Below, one piece after another: positions 18,103 through 27,433 of a stretch of 64,000 nucleotides of DNA. This DNA is from Gemmatimonadota bacterium (GTDB lineage: Bacteria > Gemmatimonadota > Gemmatimonadetes > Palauibacterales > Palauibacteraceae). Both the position numbers and the translations under genes were made by a program. The notes beneath the pieces were generated by a model that worked only from the letters and a program-made list of their open reading frames with translations, ran no database searches and had not been told where the DNA came from. The DNA is taken from positions 1-64,000 of the forward strand of contig JBDHAC010000001.1 in the NCBI GenBank assembly GCA_039588275.1, given 5' to 3'. Each line of letters starts with the position of its first letter. The first letter of the stretch is position 1.

Positions 18103-19690
18103 CGCTCGTGCGCGAGTCGAGCTCGCGACCCCCCAGGGGCCGCTCGAGCTGAAGCTGTACGATCACACGCATACGCTGGTTGCCAGCGGATTCGGCCAGA
18201 TCGAGCGCTCGCTACGACCGGGCCTGTACCGGCTCGAGGTCCACGCGGGGTCGAGGACCGAGAAGCACTTCATCACCGTCGGACCGAGCGGGTTGGTCGA
18301 CAGGGAGATCACGATCGACATGCCCTCCGCCGCGCCGATCGGCGGAACGAGCACCGTGCACGAGTTCCACGGCTACCCGGCCTCGCAATTGAGCCGCCAA
18401 CCTCAGGGTGCCTTCGGATACGGGGGTCGGCTGGTGGTTTTCGTCCGGAACATGGGCGAGAACCCACAGGGCCCCGTGGATGTCGACTCCGTGTCGGTCT
18501 TCGACGCTCGAAACGCACCGCTGGGGACCGGGCTCGCGGACTTCCATCACAGCCCGGGCGAGGGATGGGCCGGCTTGAGCGTGGATGTCCAGCCCGGCGG
18601 GTACATACTGCGCCAGACCCGGCCGCGTCGGGGACCGGGTGAGTACTCGGAGAAGACCGTCGACCAGTCGATCTGGGTGGCACAGGACTGGATAACCCTC
18701 GTCTTCGTGCCATTCCGTGACAAAGTCGGCTACCCCCAGCCCGAGTTCGCATCCGTGCACATGGCCAGGCACGAGCTCGGGTTCGATCCCTATGACCAGG
18801 AGATGCAAGCCGCCAACGTGGCTCTGGAGATCGCCTTGTCGGGCCTGCGGGGCGGTCGCGCGAACGTGCCCCGTGATCTCGAGCAGCTCATGCTGCGGGG
18901 CAAGTTCGGGAACCCGATGCTCGGCATCGTGGGCGCGCTCGGCCTCCTGCATGCGGACAAGACCAACTGGCGGCTGTTCGACATCGTACGCCGGAACCTC
19001 AAGCGGCTCGTCCCGGAGCACCCCGACGTCCAGGCGCTGCACGTGATGGGCAAGCAGAAGCGGGAGGACGAGCGCGAATCACGCGTCCCGGCCGCGACGT
19101 GGCCGCCGATGCTGTACGCCTGCTACCGCGGGCTGATCGACCGCGATTCGGACGAAACACGCCGCCTCATCCCCGAGGGCTCGATCGCCGATCACGCCGC
19201 CTCCCGACTGCTGGCGCAGGGTCCCTGGACGCGGTGGCGCGCGATTCACGGCCCCGCCGAGGAAGCTCGGGACGAGCAATTGGACAAACGCATCAAGTCG
19301 GCGGTGGATCAGCTGCGGTCGATCGCGGCGCAAGAGGGTGAGACCGAGCTGGTGGCGCAATTGCGACATTCGTGGAATGAAGGCGTCGCCAAGCTGGATG
19401 TCAGCGTCGGCGATCGGCCACGCTCGACCCCGGCGACCGGCATCTCCGTGACCAAGGCGGCCGTCGAATCCATGACCCCGGGCACGACGGCGCCCGAGGC
19501 GGCCCCTCACGCCGAAACGCTGCGGGTCGCGAGCTACCTGGAGGGCCTCGCGGAGCAGGCGTCCAAATACAACCTGCCGATTCCCGAAGGGGCCTTCGAC
19601 GTACGCGAGATCAGTGACCAGGTCGGCTTGCCTCGAGCCACGGTGAAGCGGGCGCTCCGTGACCTCGTGGACGAGGGCCTCGAGTTCTGA
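18089..19690 (+). CDS. Hypothetical caspase-associated protein: two beta-sandwich-like modules, helical region, C-terminal wHTH
   Basis: GGAGAGG RBS before GTG 18089; LRPGLYRLEV and VQPGGYILRQ; KFGNPMLGIVGALGLL; VREISDQVGLPRATVKRALRDLVDEGL. Confidence 0.75.
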   Translation: MLSSSARARVELATPQGPLELKLYDHTHTLVASGFGQIERSLRPGLYRLEVHAGSRTEKHFITVGPSGLVDREITIDMPSAAPIGGTSTVHEFHGYPASQLSRQPQGAFGYGGRLVVFVRNMGENPQGPVDVDSVSVFDARNAPLGTGLADFHHSPGEGWAGLSVDVQPGGYILRQTRPRRGPGEYSEKTVDQSIWVAQDWITLVFVPFRDKVGYPQPEFASVHMARHELGFDPYDQEMQAANVALEIALSGLRGGRANVPRDLEQLMLRGKFGNPMLGIVGALGLLHADKTNWRLFDIVRRNLKRLVPEHPDVQALHVMGKQKREDERESRVPAATWPPMLYACYRGLIDRDSDETRRLIPEGSIADHAASRLLAQGPWTRWRAIHGPAEEARDEQLDKRIKSAVDQLRSIAAQEGETELVAQLRHSWNEGVAKLDVSVGDRPRSTPATGISVTKAAVESMTPGTTAPEAAPHAETLRVASYLEGLAEQASKYNLPIPEGAFDVREISDQVGLPRATVKRALRDLVDEGLEF

Positions 19691-19692
19691 GC

Positions 19693-20529
19693 GTGGGGGC
19701 TTCCGCACGCCCGAGCTCGGCCCGGTCGCACCTGATGCAGCTCGTGGTCGTGGCGATCGGTCCGACCTTGACCGCGTGTTCGGCCAACCCGCAGGTGAAG
19801 ATCGCCTCGACCGAGTTCACGGCGGCCCTGGGCGAGCTGAGGACGGCGAGCCGGGACTTCCGGAGCGTCTACACGGCAGAGATCCAAAAGACACGGGACG
19901 ACCTCCAGAACGCCATCGTGGCCCGGGCGCTCCGCTTGCGTGTGGAGCAGATCTCCGAGGATCTGGATGAGCGGGACTCGGAGTTCGCCTCTCGCGGCCT
20001 CATCTCGCTCGCCGAAGAGCTGGCGCAGACCGAAGAGGAGTACAGGAAGCTCACCGAGCTGGTAGCCAGCGTCACCCTGAGGCGCGAAGACCGTCCGGAG
20101 GGCGGCGTGGAGCGGGCCCTCGAGGCGCAGGCGGCAGCGGCGCGGACGACCGCCGAACAGCTACGGGGACTGAACCCGGCGGCCGCCGAGGAGCTCGAGA
20201 ACCGCGCCCGGGAGCTGGAGGAGAGAAGGAACCTCGACTTTCTCGAGGACGCCAGGATCGGCGCCTACATCGATGCGCTCCTCGAGCTGGGCGCCGCCGC
20301 CTCCGAGGCCGGCGCCAACCTCCGGCAGCTCGACGCGCTCATCCGCGTGCTGCAGGAGACGCACTCGGTCATCCACGCGTGGATCATGACGGACGTCAGC
20401 GTCTCCGGCGAACAGCTCGCGGATCTGTTCGAGGAGCATGCGGAGGCGCTCGGCCTGACCCTCGGCGCCGACCCCGATGACCCGTCAAGCCCCAGCGGCG
20501 ACGGCGGTGCGGAAGGCGGCCCCCGATGA
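19693..20529 (+). CDS. Coiled-coil alpha-helical lipoprotein (start may be 19735)
   Basis: Hydrophobic stretch plus lipobox LTA-C; A/E/L/R-rich heptads. Confidence 0.72.
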   Translation: MGASARPSSARSHLMQLVVVAIGPTLTACSANPQVKIASTEFTAALGELRTASRDFRSVYTAEIQKTRDDLQNAIVARALRLRVEQISEDLDERDSEFASRGLISLAEELAQTEEEYRKLTELVASVTLRREDRPEGGVERALEAQAAAARTTAEQLRGLNPAAAEELENRARELEERRNLDFLEDARIGAYIDALLELGAAASEAGANLRQLDALIRVLQETHSVIHAWIMTDVSVSGEQLADLFEEHAEALGLTLGADPDDPSSPSGDGGAEGGPR

Positions 20530-21209
20530 GACGCGCCGGGTGGCGGATTCTCCCGGTGGCGTTCGTGGCGGTCGCCGCCACGGCCTGCGCTTCGACGGCG
20601 ACGCGAGAGCTCACGGTCATGGAGCTCCAGCTGCTCGACACGCTCCAGGCCCGCATCGATACGAACGGCGACGCGCTGGATGGCGTCCTCTCGGACCTGT
20701 TGGAGATCTCGCGCGAAGCCCTCGCGGACCAGCACGCGCTGACCGCCAGCATCGCCAGGGCACAGCTGCTCGAATCGATGAGATCGCCTTGGCTGGTGCA
20801 GCGCGAAGAGGGGACGCTGGCGATCACCCAGCGCGAGGTCGCGCTCTATCACCTGTATTCGCTCCACGAGGCCCAGCGCGAGCTGCTATCGGCCAAGGTG
20901 GAGGAGCGACGCGCGGCGTTGGACGAGGTCGAGGCGGCTCACGCCCGGCTCCGATCGCTCGTCCGCGAGTTGATAAAGGCCGAGAAGGTCATTCTGGCGC
21001 ACCTCGAGCAACCCCGCGGGGCGCAGATCCGGTCTCTCCTCACCGGCCTGCTCGGCGAGGCCACGGCCTTTCGCGAAGCGCTCGCCGAATCCGACGACCC
21101 GAGGCTTCAGGAGCTGAGCGAGCGGGTAAAGAGCGCGCAGGAGCGGGTTGAGCGCGTGCAGACGTTGGTCGAACGGGCGCTTGAAGCCGCACGGTCGGGA
21201 GGGAGTTAG
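20526..21209 (+). CDS. Coiled-coil alpha-helical lipoprotein
   Basis: MRRAGWRILPVAFVAVAATA-C lipoprotein signal; all-helical; ATGA overlap. Confidence 0.78.
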   Translation: MRRAGWRILPVAFVAVAATACASTATRELTVMELQLLDTLQARIDTNGDALDGVLSDLLEISREALADQHALTASIARAQLLESMRSPWLVQREEGTLAITQREVALYHLYSLHEAQRELLSAKVEERRAALDEVEAAHARLRSLVRELIKAEKVILAHLEQPRGAQIRSLLTGLLGEATAFREALAESDDPRLQELSERVKSAQERVERVQTLVERALEAARSGGS

Positions 21210-21214
21210 AAACG

Positions 21215-21715
21215 GTGAGCCTGGAAGACTCGATCGCCAAGCTGAGGGACGTCGGATCGGACGCCAGGGGGCTGTTCGATGTCCTCAAGGACCTCGCTGA
21301 CCAGGGTCGGAAGGCCCGTCAGACCGAGAAGGACAAGATCACCCGCCTCGTGAAGAAGCTGGACACGACGACCCGCACCGCCGCACGCGAGCGTCGCGCG
21401 GCCGAGATCGAGAAGCTCACGGAGCTCATCGATGCGGGGGAAACCGTCCTCTCGATCACCGGTCTGTCGTCGTCCACGCGGAACGCGGTGAAGGCGGATT
21501 TGACTCGCCGGCGTGCCCGCCGCACGCGGCTCCGAAACCTGGACGCGACGGACTTCGGCGGGATCCTGAAAGCGGACGAAGTCAGACAGCTGGAGGACCT
21601 CGTGAAAGCGGCGAGGAAAGAGGTCGAGCAGAAGAAGCTGGCCGCCGCCTTCCTCGGGTCGGTGTTCAAGATCGGCGACCTGGCGCTCACGATGGCGGGC
21701 AAGCTCGCGATCTGA
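21215..21715 (+). CDS. Small helical protein with hydrophobic/amphipathic C-terminus
   Basis: K/R-rich coiled coil ending LAAAFLGSVFKIGDLALTMAGKLAI; 5 nt after the previous stop. Confidence 0.72.
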   Translation: MSLEDSIAKLRDVGSDARGLFDVLKDLADQGRKARQTEKDKITRLVKKLDTTTRTAARERRAAEIEKLTELIDAGETVLSITGLSSSTRNAVKADLTRRRARRTRLRNLDATDFGGILKADEVRQLEDLVKAARKEVEQKKLAAAFLGSVFKIGDLALTMAGKLAI

Positions 21716-21769
21716 CCGCCTGCCTCGTTCCCGCTCGTCGCTCGGCTTCACGGGAAGCCCCAGCCGGGT

Positions 21770-22120
21770 CTACTCCTCGGGGTCGGGCTTCTTTCGCGTC
21801 CGCTTGAGCTCCGAGCGGCGCCGCTTCTCCTCCCGCCGCCGCCGCCTCTCACCCGGCGGGACCCCGGTGGGAATCCGCGGGACTTCGGGGCGAACGAGCT
21901 CGTCGAGCGCGGCCCGCAGTCGAACGAGTGCAGCCCTCCGGTTCCGGTGCTGGCTGCGTGACTCGCGGGCGGTGACCGAGATGCCGGTGGGCAGGTGCGT
22001 CAGCCGCACGCCCGAATCCGTGGTGTTCTGGTGCTGGCCACCCGGACCACCGGACCGGAAGGTCTCCACCCGGCACTCGGCCAGGAGCGCTTCATCCCCG
22101 GCGGGAGGCTCATAGCTCAC
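21770..22120 (-). CDS. Peptide chain release factor-like protein (ArfB/YaeJ-like peptidyl-tRNA hydrolase)
   Basis: [28 protein letters not shown], basic C-tail. Confidence 0.88.
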   Translation of the reverse strand: MSYEPPAGDEALLAECRVETFRSGGPGGQHQNTTDSGVRLTHLPTGISVTARESRSQHRNRRAALVRLRAALDELVRPEVPRIPTGVPPGERRRRREEKRRRSELKRTRKKPDPEE

Positions 22121-22152
22121 GATCAGGCACCGTCGTCGGACTCACGCACGAA

Positions 22153-22662
22153 CTACTTCGGTTTCTTGAGCGCGGCGCCGCCCCAATATCCCCACACGCC
22201 GTAAGAGACCTCATCGGGCGGCCGGACGCCGGACTGCTTGAGCGCCTGAGCGATCTGCCCCCGGTGATGGGCCTCGTGGGTCATCAGGTAAGCGAGCCAG
22301 GTAGCGGGCGACCGCTTCCACCCCTTGAGCGGCTCATCCTCTTCCACAGCCGCCCGCACGACCGCCGCCACCTTCTCGCCCGAGGCCGCCAGGGCAGCCT
22401 TCAGCCGGGCGCGATCCGGCACCTCGGAACCCGTGAAGCGGGGGAGATCAGCGGCCTCTTTCCGGTGCCGCTCGAGTCTGGAACAACGGACCTCGTGCAT
22501 ATGCGCGAAGATGCGAGCGACGTTTCGCCCCTTGGAGGGCACCCCGGTCTTCAGGAGGGTCACGGCCTCGAGTCCGACTTCCGGCAACCAGTCGAGGATG
22601 AACAGGTTGATCTCGTTGTGGATGCCCCAGGCCTCCAGGAGGTCATCCAGCACGGAGGTCAT
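22153..22662 (-). CDS. DinB family protein
   Basis: IFAHMHEVR; YLMTHEAHHRGQI. Confidence 0.88.
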   Translation of the reverse strand: MTSVLDDLLEAWGIHNEINLFILDWLPEVGLEAVTLLKTGVPSKGRNVARIFAHMHEVRCSRLERHRKEAADLPRFTGSEVPDRARLKAALAASGEKVAAVVRAAVEEDEPLKGWKRSPATWLAYLMTHEAHHRGQIAQALKQSGVRPPDEVSYGVWGYWGGAALKKPK

Positions 22663-22696
22663 GCTCGAGAGCTAATCCCGTCGACGGGAAGGAGGG

Positions 22697-24241
22697 TCAG
22701 GCTTCCTGTCGGGTCGGCTCGCCCGCCGCCTCGGCGGTGACTCGGGCGCCGCTCAACATGAGAGAGCCGGACGCCCGGATCGGCGAGGCGGCCTCGTCCA
22801 GCGCGCGCACGGCCGGGGCTGGCGCGACCCTGGGGCGCGGTCGCCGGGACCCCATGAGGATCTTGATCGTGATCGGAATCAGCACGGCCGTGGCCAGAAA
22901 GCCGGGTATGACAATGAAGTAGAGCATGAAGCCCGAGAACCCGACCAGCATGGTGCCGAACGAGAACGTATCACGCGTCCCGACCAGGTAGTGCACCGCG
23001 CGCAGGAAGCGCGTGAGGGGCCGCGGTCTCTTCGCCTCTTGATACCCGTACCGGATGGTGCGCGCGCTCCCCGAATTACCCTGCTTCGACAGGTACAACG
23101 TGATGTTGAGCAGCCCCAGCGTGCTCGCGACCGTCGCGGCGACGCCGTTCCAGAAGAAGAAATCAGGCATCCCGGCGCGGTACACCGCTATCGTCGCACC
23201 CGCCAGGAACGCTACGTACGAGATGCTGTCGCAGACGGTGTCGATGTACTCTCCGCGCTTGCTGCTCATGAACTTGAGCCGGGCGACCTCGCCGTCTACG
23301 CCGTCCAGGATCGAGGCGAAGTGGAACAGGACGCCGCTCAACGCGAGCATGGGGTACGTCGCCCCCGTGATCGCGACCGCCGCGAGCAGGCCGACGATCA
23401 GGGTCGCGAGGCTCACCTGATTGGGCGTCATCGACGTCTTGACGACTTGGGCGGAGATCCTCGCCGAGATCGGCCGGTTCAGGCGGCTCGCGATGGGTCC
23501 GTCCTTCTCCGTCCGCAGCCCCGCGAGCAGCTTGCTCTGGGCCACCCGGGCATCCTCGGGCTCGTCGATGTCGTGCCAGAACAGGTCGCCCCCGTCTATC
23601 GCCCTCGCCCGCCCGACGGCCGCTAGTTTCTGCACGCCGTCCGACAGCGTCTCGCCGCCTTCGGCGCATGCCTCGCGAAGCGCCCCGAAGATCTCCGGAG
23701 AGGCCAGGAAGAGCCCCGTGTCGAGCCCATCGAACGGATCGAGCGACTTCCCGATCTCGACGATCCGGTCGCCGTTCAGCCGAACCTTGGTCGCCTCGGC
23801 CAGATCATGCTCCCCGTTGACGTACCGGTCGACGAGTAAATCGACGCCCTGCAGCGACCGCGCGTCGCGAGTGAGCACATCGATCGACTCGGATTCGAAC
23901 AGGTGGTCGCCCATGGCGAGGATGAACGGACGATCGAGCAACGGCTCCGCCGTCAGCACGGACAGGCCGTTGGGCCGCTCCCAATCGGCGTTGTAGAGCC
24001 AGTGAACGGTGATGTTCAGCCTGTCGACGGCGTCGATCGCCGCTCGCACTTCGTCCGCCTCGTGCCCCAGGACGACGTAGGCATCGGTGATGCCGGCCGC
24101 CTCGAGCGTAAACAGGGCGCGCGCCAGCAACGGCACGCCCAGGAGCGGATACAGCGGTTTGGGCTGATCGTGGTTCAGTCGGCGGCCGCGGCCGGCCGCG
24201 AGAACGAGCGCTTGCGAGATCCCGCGCGTCTGATCGCTCAT
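22697..24241 (-). CDS. Bifunctional NTP transferase / CDP-alcohol phosphatidyltransferase (IPCT/DIPPS-like)
   Basis: VLAAGRGRRL..PKPL, NGLSVL, MGDH, DTGLF, WHDID; TPNQVS, DGVDGEVARLKFMSSKRGEYIDTVCD. Confidence 0.9.
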   Translation of the reverse strand: MSDQTRGISQALVLAAGRGRRLNHDQPKPLYPLLGVPLLARALFTLEAAGITDAYVVLGHEADEVRAAIDAVDRLNITVHWLYNADWERPNGLSVLTAEPLLDRPFILAMGDHLFESESIDVLTRDARSLQGVDLLVDRYVNGEHDLAEATKVRLNGDRIVEIGKSLDPFDGLDTGLFLASPEIFGALREACAEGGETLSDGVQKLAAVGRARAIDGGDLFWHDIDEPEDARVAQSKLLAGLRTEKDGPIASRLNRPISARISAQVVKTSMTPNQVSLATLIVGLLAAVAITGATYPMLALSGVLFHFASILDGVDGEVARLKFMSSKRGEYIDTVCDSISYVAFLAGATIAVYRAGMPDFFFWNGVAATVASTLGLLNITLYLSKQGNSGSARTIRYGYQEAKRPRPLTRFLRAVHYLVGTRDTFSFGTMLVGFSGFMLYFIVIPGFLATAVLIPITIKILMGSRRPRPRVAPAPAVRALDEAASPIRASGSLMLSGARVTAEAAGEPTRQEA

Positions 24242-26754
24242 ACGATATCGCGCGAAGGAGTGGGAGGGCGCTCGACGTCGCCCGCCGCCGTGACCTCGGG
24301 TCCCGCCGCCGTGGCTTCGGGTTCCGTCGGGGTCGCGGGCGAGGCGGCGACCGCCGCAGCGGTAGCGCGATCCTCGAGGACCTGCAACGCCGCGGGGAAG
24401 AGCACCACGGCGCTGATCAGCGTGGTCGCGAGCCCCACGATCGCGAGCTTGCCGATCGAGACCAGACCGGGGTGGCTGGCGGTAAGCAGGCCGGAATAGC
24501 CCACCATCGTCGTGAGCGTAGCCATAGTCACCGCCAACCCGGTCCTCCTCAGAACCAGGGGCAGCGATCTCGGGCCCTCGCCCAGATATCGGTGATACAC
24601 GTGCACCCCGCTATCGACTCCAATGCCCACGATACTGGGCAAAACCACGAGGTTGAAAATGTTGAGCTGCAATCCGAACACCGCCATCGCCCCACCCATC
24701 CCGAGGAGCCCGATGACGAGGGGCGAGACCACCAGCGCCCCCCGTCTCAGGCTCCGAAACTGAAGCGTCACAATCAAAAGCACAACGAGGAGCGACAATC
24801 CCACCGCCAATCGTCCCTCGCGAGTGATCATGGTCAGCATCTCGGCCATGATGATGTTCGAGCTCGCCGCATGCAGAGTCTTGCCCGAACCGATGGTGAC
24901 CTCACCGATATCGCTGCTGAAGGCGATCGAGTTCCGGCCGTCCCGGAGCGGCACGCTCGGGTAGATGAGGACGAAGTCACCGATCTCGCCGTTCTTCTTC
25001 AGGAGCCGGCGCCGGTCGCTGGGCGGCACGTCCTCGATCGTGAACGGCTCCTCGACGCTCAGGTAGCTCCGCAGCTCGTTCAGCCTTCGCTCGTCCTCCC
25101 CGGACACGTTGTCCGCTTCGGCGTCGACGAGAACGCGCAGGTCCCGGATCTTCTCCAATCGCCGGGGCTGGTCATCGGGGACCGCAGCGAGGACGGAGCC
25201 GATCCGCTCGAACGTGGGGGAGAGCGTGTCTCGATCCCGGAGGACACGAACGGAATCCATGACCTCGCGCATCTCCGCGCGAGAGTCGGTCAGGATGATC
25301 GCCGGCGACTCGGATCGATCGAAGACTCCCTCGATCCTCTCGGCGACAGCCTCCCGCTCGGGGGTGACCGAGCGGAGATTCGTGAAATCGTACTGGAACG
25401 TCACCCGTGTGATCCCGTACGCGGCGAGCAGGATCAACAGCGCTCCGACCGCCAGGGTGCCCGGGGCGAACGCCAGCCTGGACCGCACGTGAGCTCTCTC
25501 CGCCCGCTCCGGGCGAGGCGGGATTCGCAGCAGCCCGAGATTGTCGAGGAACAGCGTCAACGCGGGCAGCACCACGACCATGCCGATGAACGCGAACAGC
25601 ATCCCCGTGCCCGCAATGAATCCGAGCTCGGAAAAGCCGCGAAAGTCCATGAGCATGAGGGAATAGAACGCCGCGGCGGTCGTGAGCGCGGTCGTCCCCA
25701 ACGCCGCGCCGGTCTTGCACACCATGTCGTGCAGCGCCTCGACGCTCGGGCGCCCTTCCTGCCTGGCCTCCCGGAAGCGGGCGAACGAGTGGATCCCGTA
25801 GTCGATCCCGAGCCCGAACAGGATGACGAACAGGAAGCCGGTGATCGTGTTGAGCTGTCCGATCACCAGGAAGGTGAGACCGAAAGTCCACATCAGCGAC
25901 CCGGCCAGTGAGATCGCGATCATGAACGCGGCCGGGATGCTGCGGAAGTAGATGGCGATGACCAGGAAGACGGCCGTGACGCCGTAGACCGCCGTGCCGA
26001 GGATGTCCCGCCTGACCCCCTCGTACTCGTCGATGCTGTTCTGGATATTGCCGCCGTACAGGATCTCGAGGGTCGCGTCGTATCGCTCGGGCCCCGCCTC
26101 GTCGATGATGCGCCCGACTTCCTCCCGCATGGCTCGATTGTACGCGAGGTTGGTGCGGCCGGCGGCGGGGTATACCAGCATCACGAGGACGGTGCTGTCC
26201 TCGTTCATGTAATACTCGCGCGGCAGGTTCTCGCGGTATCGCTCCTCCCATTCTTCCAGCTCGGAGGTCCCCGTCTCCTCCTCTTCCTCGGCATCCCCGA
26301 ACAGGTCGTCCACGACGAACGGGTTGATCTCCTGCCGCTCCGCCTCGATCGCGTCCTCGATCGCGGTATGGAGGGAGTCCAGCTGCAGGGTGTCCAGGTA
26401 CAGGAGGGCGTTCTTCTCGTAGAACGCGACGTCACGCTCCAGATCGACGTCCAGCACGTAGGAGCTGGCGAGCAGCTCGGGCTCCACGGCTTTCGCGAAG
26501 CGGACGGCGGAGGGGAAATCGCGCGTGTCGAGCACGATTCGCATGTTGCCGGTGCCCCCTACCTCTTCCCTGACGCGGTCGAGCGCCCGGACGCTCTCGT
26601 AGTGGTCGGGCAAAAGCTCGGCCAGGTCGCTCTGGAGCCCCAGCTTCGAGGTGAGGTACCCGCCGACGATCGTGGCCAGGGCGGCGACGATCAGTATGGG
26701 CTTGTGATGCCGGTGGATCAGCTCACAGCCGTCCCGGAAGCGTAGGATGCGCAT
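24238..26754 (-). CDS. MMPL/RND family lipid transporter (HpnN-like)
   Basis: Two TM bundles with ILFGLGIDYGIH and IVGIGVDSGVH; ATGA overlap. Confidence 0.9.
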   Translation of the reverse strand: MRILRFRDGCELIHRHHKPILIVAALATIVGGYLTSKLGLQSDLAELLPDHYESVRALDRVREEVGGTGNMRIVLDTRDFPSAVRFAKAVEPELLASSYVLDVDLERDVAFYEKNALLYLDTLQLDSLHTAIEDAIEAERQEINPFVVDDLFGDAEEEEETGTSELEEWEERYRENLPREYYMNEDSTVLVMLVYPAAGRTNLAYNRAMREEVGRIIDEAGPERYDATLEILYGGNIQNSIDEYEGVRRDILGTAVYGVTAVFLVIAIYFRSIPAAFMIAISLAGSLMWTFGLTFLVIGQLNTITGFLFVILFGLGIDYGIHSFARFREARQEGRPSVEALHDMVCKTGAALGTTALTTAAAFYSLMLMDFRGFSELGFIAGTGMLFAFIGMVVVLPALTLFLDNLGLLRIPPRPERAERAHVRSRLAFAPGTLAVGALLILLAAYGITRVTFQYDFTNLRSVTPEREAVAERIEGVFDRSESPAIILTDSRAEMREVMDSVRVLRDRDTLSPTFERIGSVLAAVPDDQPRRLEKIRDLRVLVDAEADNVSGEDERRLNELRSYLSVEEPFTIEDVPPSDRRRLLKKNGEIGDFVLIYPSVPLRDGRNSIAFSSDIGEVTIGSGKTLHAASSNIIMAEMLTMITREGRLAVGLSLLVVLLIVTLQFRSLRRGALVVSPLVIGLLGMGGAMAVFGLQLNIFNLVVLPSIVGIGVDSGVHVYHRYLGEGPRSLPLVLRRTGLAVTMATLTTMVGYSGLLTASHPGLVSIGKLAIVGLATTLISAVVLFPAALQVLEDRATAAAVAASPATPTEPEATAAGPEVTAAGDVERPPTPSRDIV

Positions 26755-26767
26755 GGGCCGGCGGCTG

Positions 26768-27433
26768 CTAGGAATCTTCCTTCAGCCGGTCGACCAACTT
26801 CGCGTACATGGCTTCGTACGAGCCGCGCGAGATCTCCTTGTTGAACGAGTCGCGGTACGTGCGCACAGTGCTGGAGCCATCCACGACGACGTCGTAGGCC
26901 TTCCACTCGCCCCCGACCTCGTGCATCTCATACACGACCTCGGCCGACTTGCCATCCTTGTAGGCGAGTGTCAGCACCGTGACGCCATCATCCGAAGCCT
27001 CCGGAGGACGGTACGTTACGCTGTCCGCCCGATAGACTCCCAGCTTCTTCACCGACGAGTTTCGGATCAGCTGTCGGAACACATCGACGAAATCGGTCTT
27101 CTCCTGCTCGCTACGCGCTTCCCAGTGCCGGCTCAGGGCCCGCTGGGAAAGCTCCTGGAAGTCGATCAGATCGTTGATGACGTCCTTGAGCTGCTCTTTC
27201 GTCGGAGCGTCCACGGAATCGCCGGCGGCGTCCAGAATGCGGGTAACCGCCTGGTTCCTGGACCGCACGACGTCGACCGGCGAACCCGGGGCGGACTGTG
27301 CGTGGAGCTGGGGGGCGCCGCCCCCGAACAACACGAGCCATACGCCCATCCCCATCGCTGCCCGCCGCCCGAGACCCCTCGCCCTTGTTCCTTTCGCACA
27401 CACACTACGCTTACGTCCCATCATCGCTCTCAA
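26768..27433 (-). CDS. MlaC/Ttg2D (HpnM-like) periplasmic lipid shuttle (start uncertain)
   Basis: IDFQELSQRALSRHW, WKAYDVVVDGSSTVRTYRDSF. Confidence 0.88.
   Translation of the reverse strand: MRAMMGRKRSVCAKGTRARGLGRRAAMGMGVWLVLFGGGAPQLHAQSAPGSPVDVVRSRNQAVTRILDAAGDSVDAPTKEQLKDVINDLIDFQELSQRALSRHWEARSEQEKTDFVDVFRQLIRNSSVKKLGVYRADSVTYRPPEASDDGVTVLTLAYKDGKSAEVVYEMHEVGGEWKAYDVVVDGSSTVRTYRDSFNKEISRGSYEAMYAKLVDRLKEDS

Noticed and set aside
18089..21715. Gasdermin as the caspase substrate
   Set aside because: No ORF shows the beta-rich gasdermin pattern with an N-terminal Cys and short inhibitory tail; ORFs 4-6 look all-helical
11920..21770. Prophage or mobile element carrying the caspase operon
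   Set aside because: No integrase, transposase, tRNA target or matching right-hand repeat seen
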